DNA from: Mobula hypostoma | Taxonomy: Eukaryota | Length of the DNA stretch: 64,000 nt | Direction of reading: 5' to 3' | NCBI RefSeq assembly: GCF_963921235.1 | Contig: NC_086097.1 | Span: 55,926,001 to 55,990,000, forward strand | Part shown: one piece after another, positions 61,640-64,000 of the stretch | Position numbering within the stretch: the stretch's first letter is position 1 | How the letters are laid out: each line of letters opens with the position of its first letter | Made by a program: the position numbers and the translations under genes | Notes under the pieces: model-generated | The model's database searches: none | Seen by the model: the letters and a program-made list of their open reading frames with translations, nothing else | What the model was told of the DNA's origin: nothing

Positions 61640-64000
61640 ACTGTGTCAGGGGTACTTAGCGTGGTTTAAGTGGCTATTGTGTGTTCTTCATGCCAAATGT
61701 TGGAGTCCTGGGAGACCCAGAGTCTCCCAGGGAACTATATCTGTGTGAAGTGCATCCAGCTGCAGCTCTTTGAAGACCGTGTTAGGGATCTGGAGTAGCA
61801 GCTGGATGGCCTTTGGTTTCTACAGGTAGGTGACGAGATCATCGATCGGAGTTACAGGGAAGTAGTCAGCCCTGAGTTCCAGGAGGCAGGTAGCTGGGTG
61901 ACTGTCAGGAGAAGAAATGGCAGGTGAATAGGCAGTTCATGCAGAACACTCCTGTGGCCATTCCTTCATTAAGAAGTATGCCTCTTTGGATATTGTCGTG
62001 GAGGATGAATGGGGAATGCCGCAGAAACCAGACTACCGACACTGAGCATAGGTCTGTGGTGCAGAAGAGAAAGAGGGAGAGGAGGGGAGGGGCAGTAATA
62101 GGGACTCAATTGTCAGAGGAATTGACAGGAAATTCTGTGGACGTGAACGGGACACCCGGATGGTATGTTGCCTCCCAGGTGCCAAGGTTGAGGATGTCTC
62201 GGATCGCGTCCACAGCATTTTGAAGGGGGAGAGAGACCAACCGGATGTCTTAGTACATATTGGTACCAATGGCACAGGAAGGAAAAGGAGAGACGTCCTG
62301 AAGAGAGAACTTACAGAGCTAGGTAGAAAGCTGAGAAGCAAGATCTCCAAGGTAGTAATTTCTGGATTCCTACCTGTGCCACATGTCAGTGAGGGTAGAA
62401 ACAGGATAATTTGGCAGATAAATGCACAGCTGAGGAGCTGGTACAGGGGGCAGGGCTTCAGGTTCTTGGATCATTGGGATCTCTTCTGGGGGAGGTATGA
62501 CCTGTACAAAAGGAATGGGTTGCACCTGAACCTGAGGGGGACCAATATTTTCACGAACAGGTTTGTTGGAGCTGTTGGGAAGGGTTTAAACTAATTTGGC
62601 AGTGGGGTGGGAACCGGAGAGAAGAGATTCAGGATAGGACAATGATATAAAAGCAAAGATAGCGTGCAGCCAGACTGTCAGGAAGGGCAGGGAGATGATA
62701 GGACAAAATTACAGCCAGCAGGGTAAATATCAGTGCATTAATGATACAAAATCAAAAAGGGCAGCAAATACAGTTCTCAAGGTGTTATATCTTGAGATTG
62801 ACAGGTATCTGAGTAGCCAGGGCATCAAAGGTTATGGTGAGAAGGCAGGGGAGTGGGACTAAATGGGAGAATGAATCAGCTCATGATAAAATGGTGGTGC
62901 AGACTCGATGGGCCGAATGAACGACTTCTGCTCCTTTGTCTTATGGTCTTATGGTCTTATATCTCAATGCACGGAGTATAAGAAATAAGATGGAGGATTT
63001 TGTTGAATTTTTACAGAATGTCAGGAATAATGTTGTGCCCATCACTGAATCACTGAATCATGACTGAAGGATGGCTTTGTTTGGGAGCTGAATGTCCAAG
63101 GTTATACATTGTATCAGAGGCATAGGAAGGTAGGCAGAGGGGTTGGAGTGGCTCTGCTGATAAAAAATGCCATAGGATCGGAAGATGTTGAATACTTGTG
63201 GGTTGAGTTAAGAAACTGTAAGGGTAAAAGGACCATAATGGCAGTTATATACAGGCCTCCAAAAGGTAGCTGGGGTGTGGACTACAGATTACAATGGGAA
63301 ATAGAAAAAGTGTGTCAAAAGGGCAATGTTACGATAGTCATGGGAGATTGGGAAAATTAGGTTGGTAATGGATCTCAAGAGAGTGAATTTGATGAATGCC
63401 TATGAGATGGCTTTTTAAAGAAGTTTGTCATTGAGCCTACTAGGGGATCAGCTATACTGTACTGGACTGGGTGTTTTGTAATGAACTGGAGGCAATTAGG
63501 GAGCTTAAGGAAAAGGAACCGTTAGGAGGCAGTGATCACAATACGATTGAGTTCAACTTGAAATTTGATAGGGAGAAAGTAAAGTTTGACAAAGCAGTGT
63601 GGAGACGAGTTGAGAGAGGAGTTGGCCAAAGTGAATTGGAAGGAGATGCTGTCCGGGATGACAGAAGAGCAACAATGACTTGAGTTTCTGGAAAAGTGAG
63701 GAAGGTGTATTCCAAAAACAAAGAAATACTCAAATGGCAAAATAGTACAACAATGACTGACAAGGAAAGTCAAAGCTAATGTAAAAGCAAAAGAGAGAGC
63801 ATACAATAAAGCAAAAATTTGCAAGATGGTAGAGGATTGGGATGCTTTTAAAAACCTACAGAAAACAACTAAAAGAATTATTAGTAGGGAATAGATGGAA
63901 AAATGAAAGCAAGCTAGCAAACAATATCAAGGTGGACAGAAAAAACTTTTTCATGTATATGAAAAATAAAAGAGAGTTGAAAGTGGATATAGGACTGCTG
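61640..64000 (+). mobile_element. CR1 LINE 5' half (ORF1 and ORF2 endonuclease), running off the window
   Basis: ORF1 has a zinc finger/leucine zipper (VCSSCQM...YICVKCIQLQLFEDRVRDLE) and an SGNH esterase (CCLPGAKVEDV...VHIGTNG...GLHLN). ORF2 has APE motifs LKVLYLNARSIRNK, GVGVALLIK, VIYRPP, VMGD and GGSDHN. Multiple stops and frameshifts. Confidence 0.93.
62793..62956 (+). mobile_element. Short CR1 3' tail inserted into the ORF2 start of the older CR1
   Basis: Ends in (TCTTATGG)n and is flanked by TTATATCT at 62785-62792 and 62957-62964. Removing it restores the frame LKVLYLNARSIRNK. Confidence 0.9.

Noticed and set aside
173..63920. Short ORFs in the supplied track as host genes
   Set aside because: Those with recognisable motifs are transposon fragments with stops or frameshifts. 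The rest are short (mostly 60-140 aa), low-complexity or antisense to repeats, with no coherent exon chain.

Overview
This is AT-rich, CpG-depleted vertebrate genomic DNA. The repeat repertoire (V-domain tRNA SINEs, DeuSINE-like relics, CR1, Rex1/Babar, fish-type L1, Penelope) suggests a cartilaginous fish, probably a ray; this is an inference from repeat families only. I found no host protein-coding exon, rRNA, functional tRNA or CRISPR array, and every recognisable ORF is a decayed transposon fragment. The window looks like a large intron or gene desert, with repeat-rich blocks alternating with repeat-poor, enhancer-like blocks. The most notable structures are: (1) a dispersed family of Penelope terminal repeats whose consensus is a minimal type I hammerhead ribozyme; (2) an L1 insertion with a 5' inversion, a perfect 12-bp target-site duplication (TSD) and an 8-nt junction duplication, the twin-priming signature; (3) a four-level nested insertion (Rex1 tail > SINE > hAT/Buster > palindromic MITE) with the TSDs still readable; (4) a long diverged inverted duplication at 39.9-40.7 kb; and (5) candidate conserved non-coding elements and possible lncRNA exons. 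Family names come from motif recognition by eye without database searches, and boundaries lacking a TSD are approximate. I cannot support a wholly new protein-coding system here.
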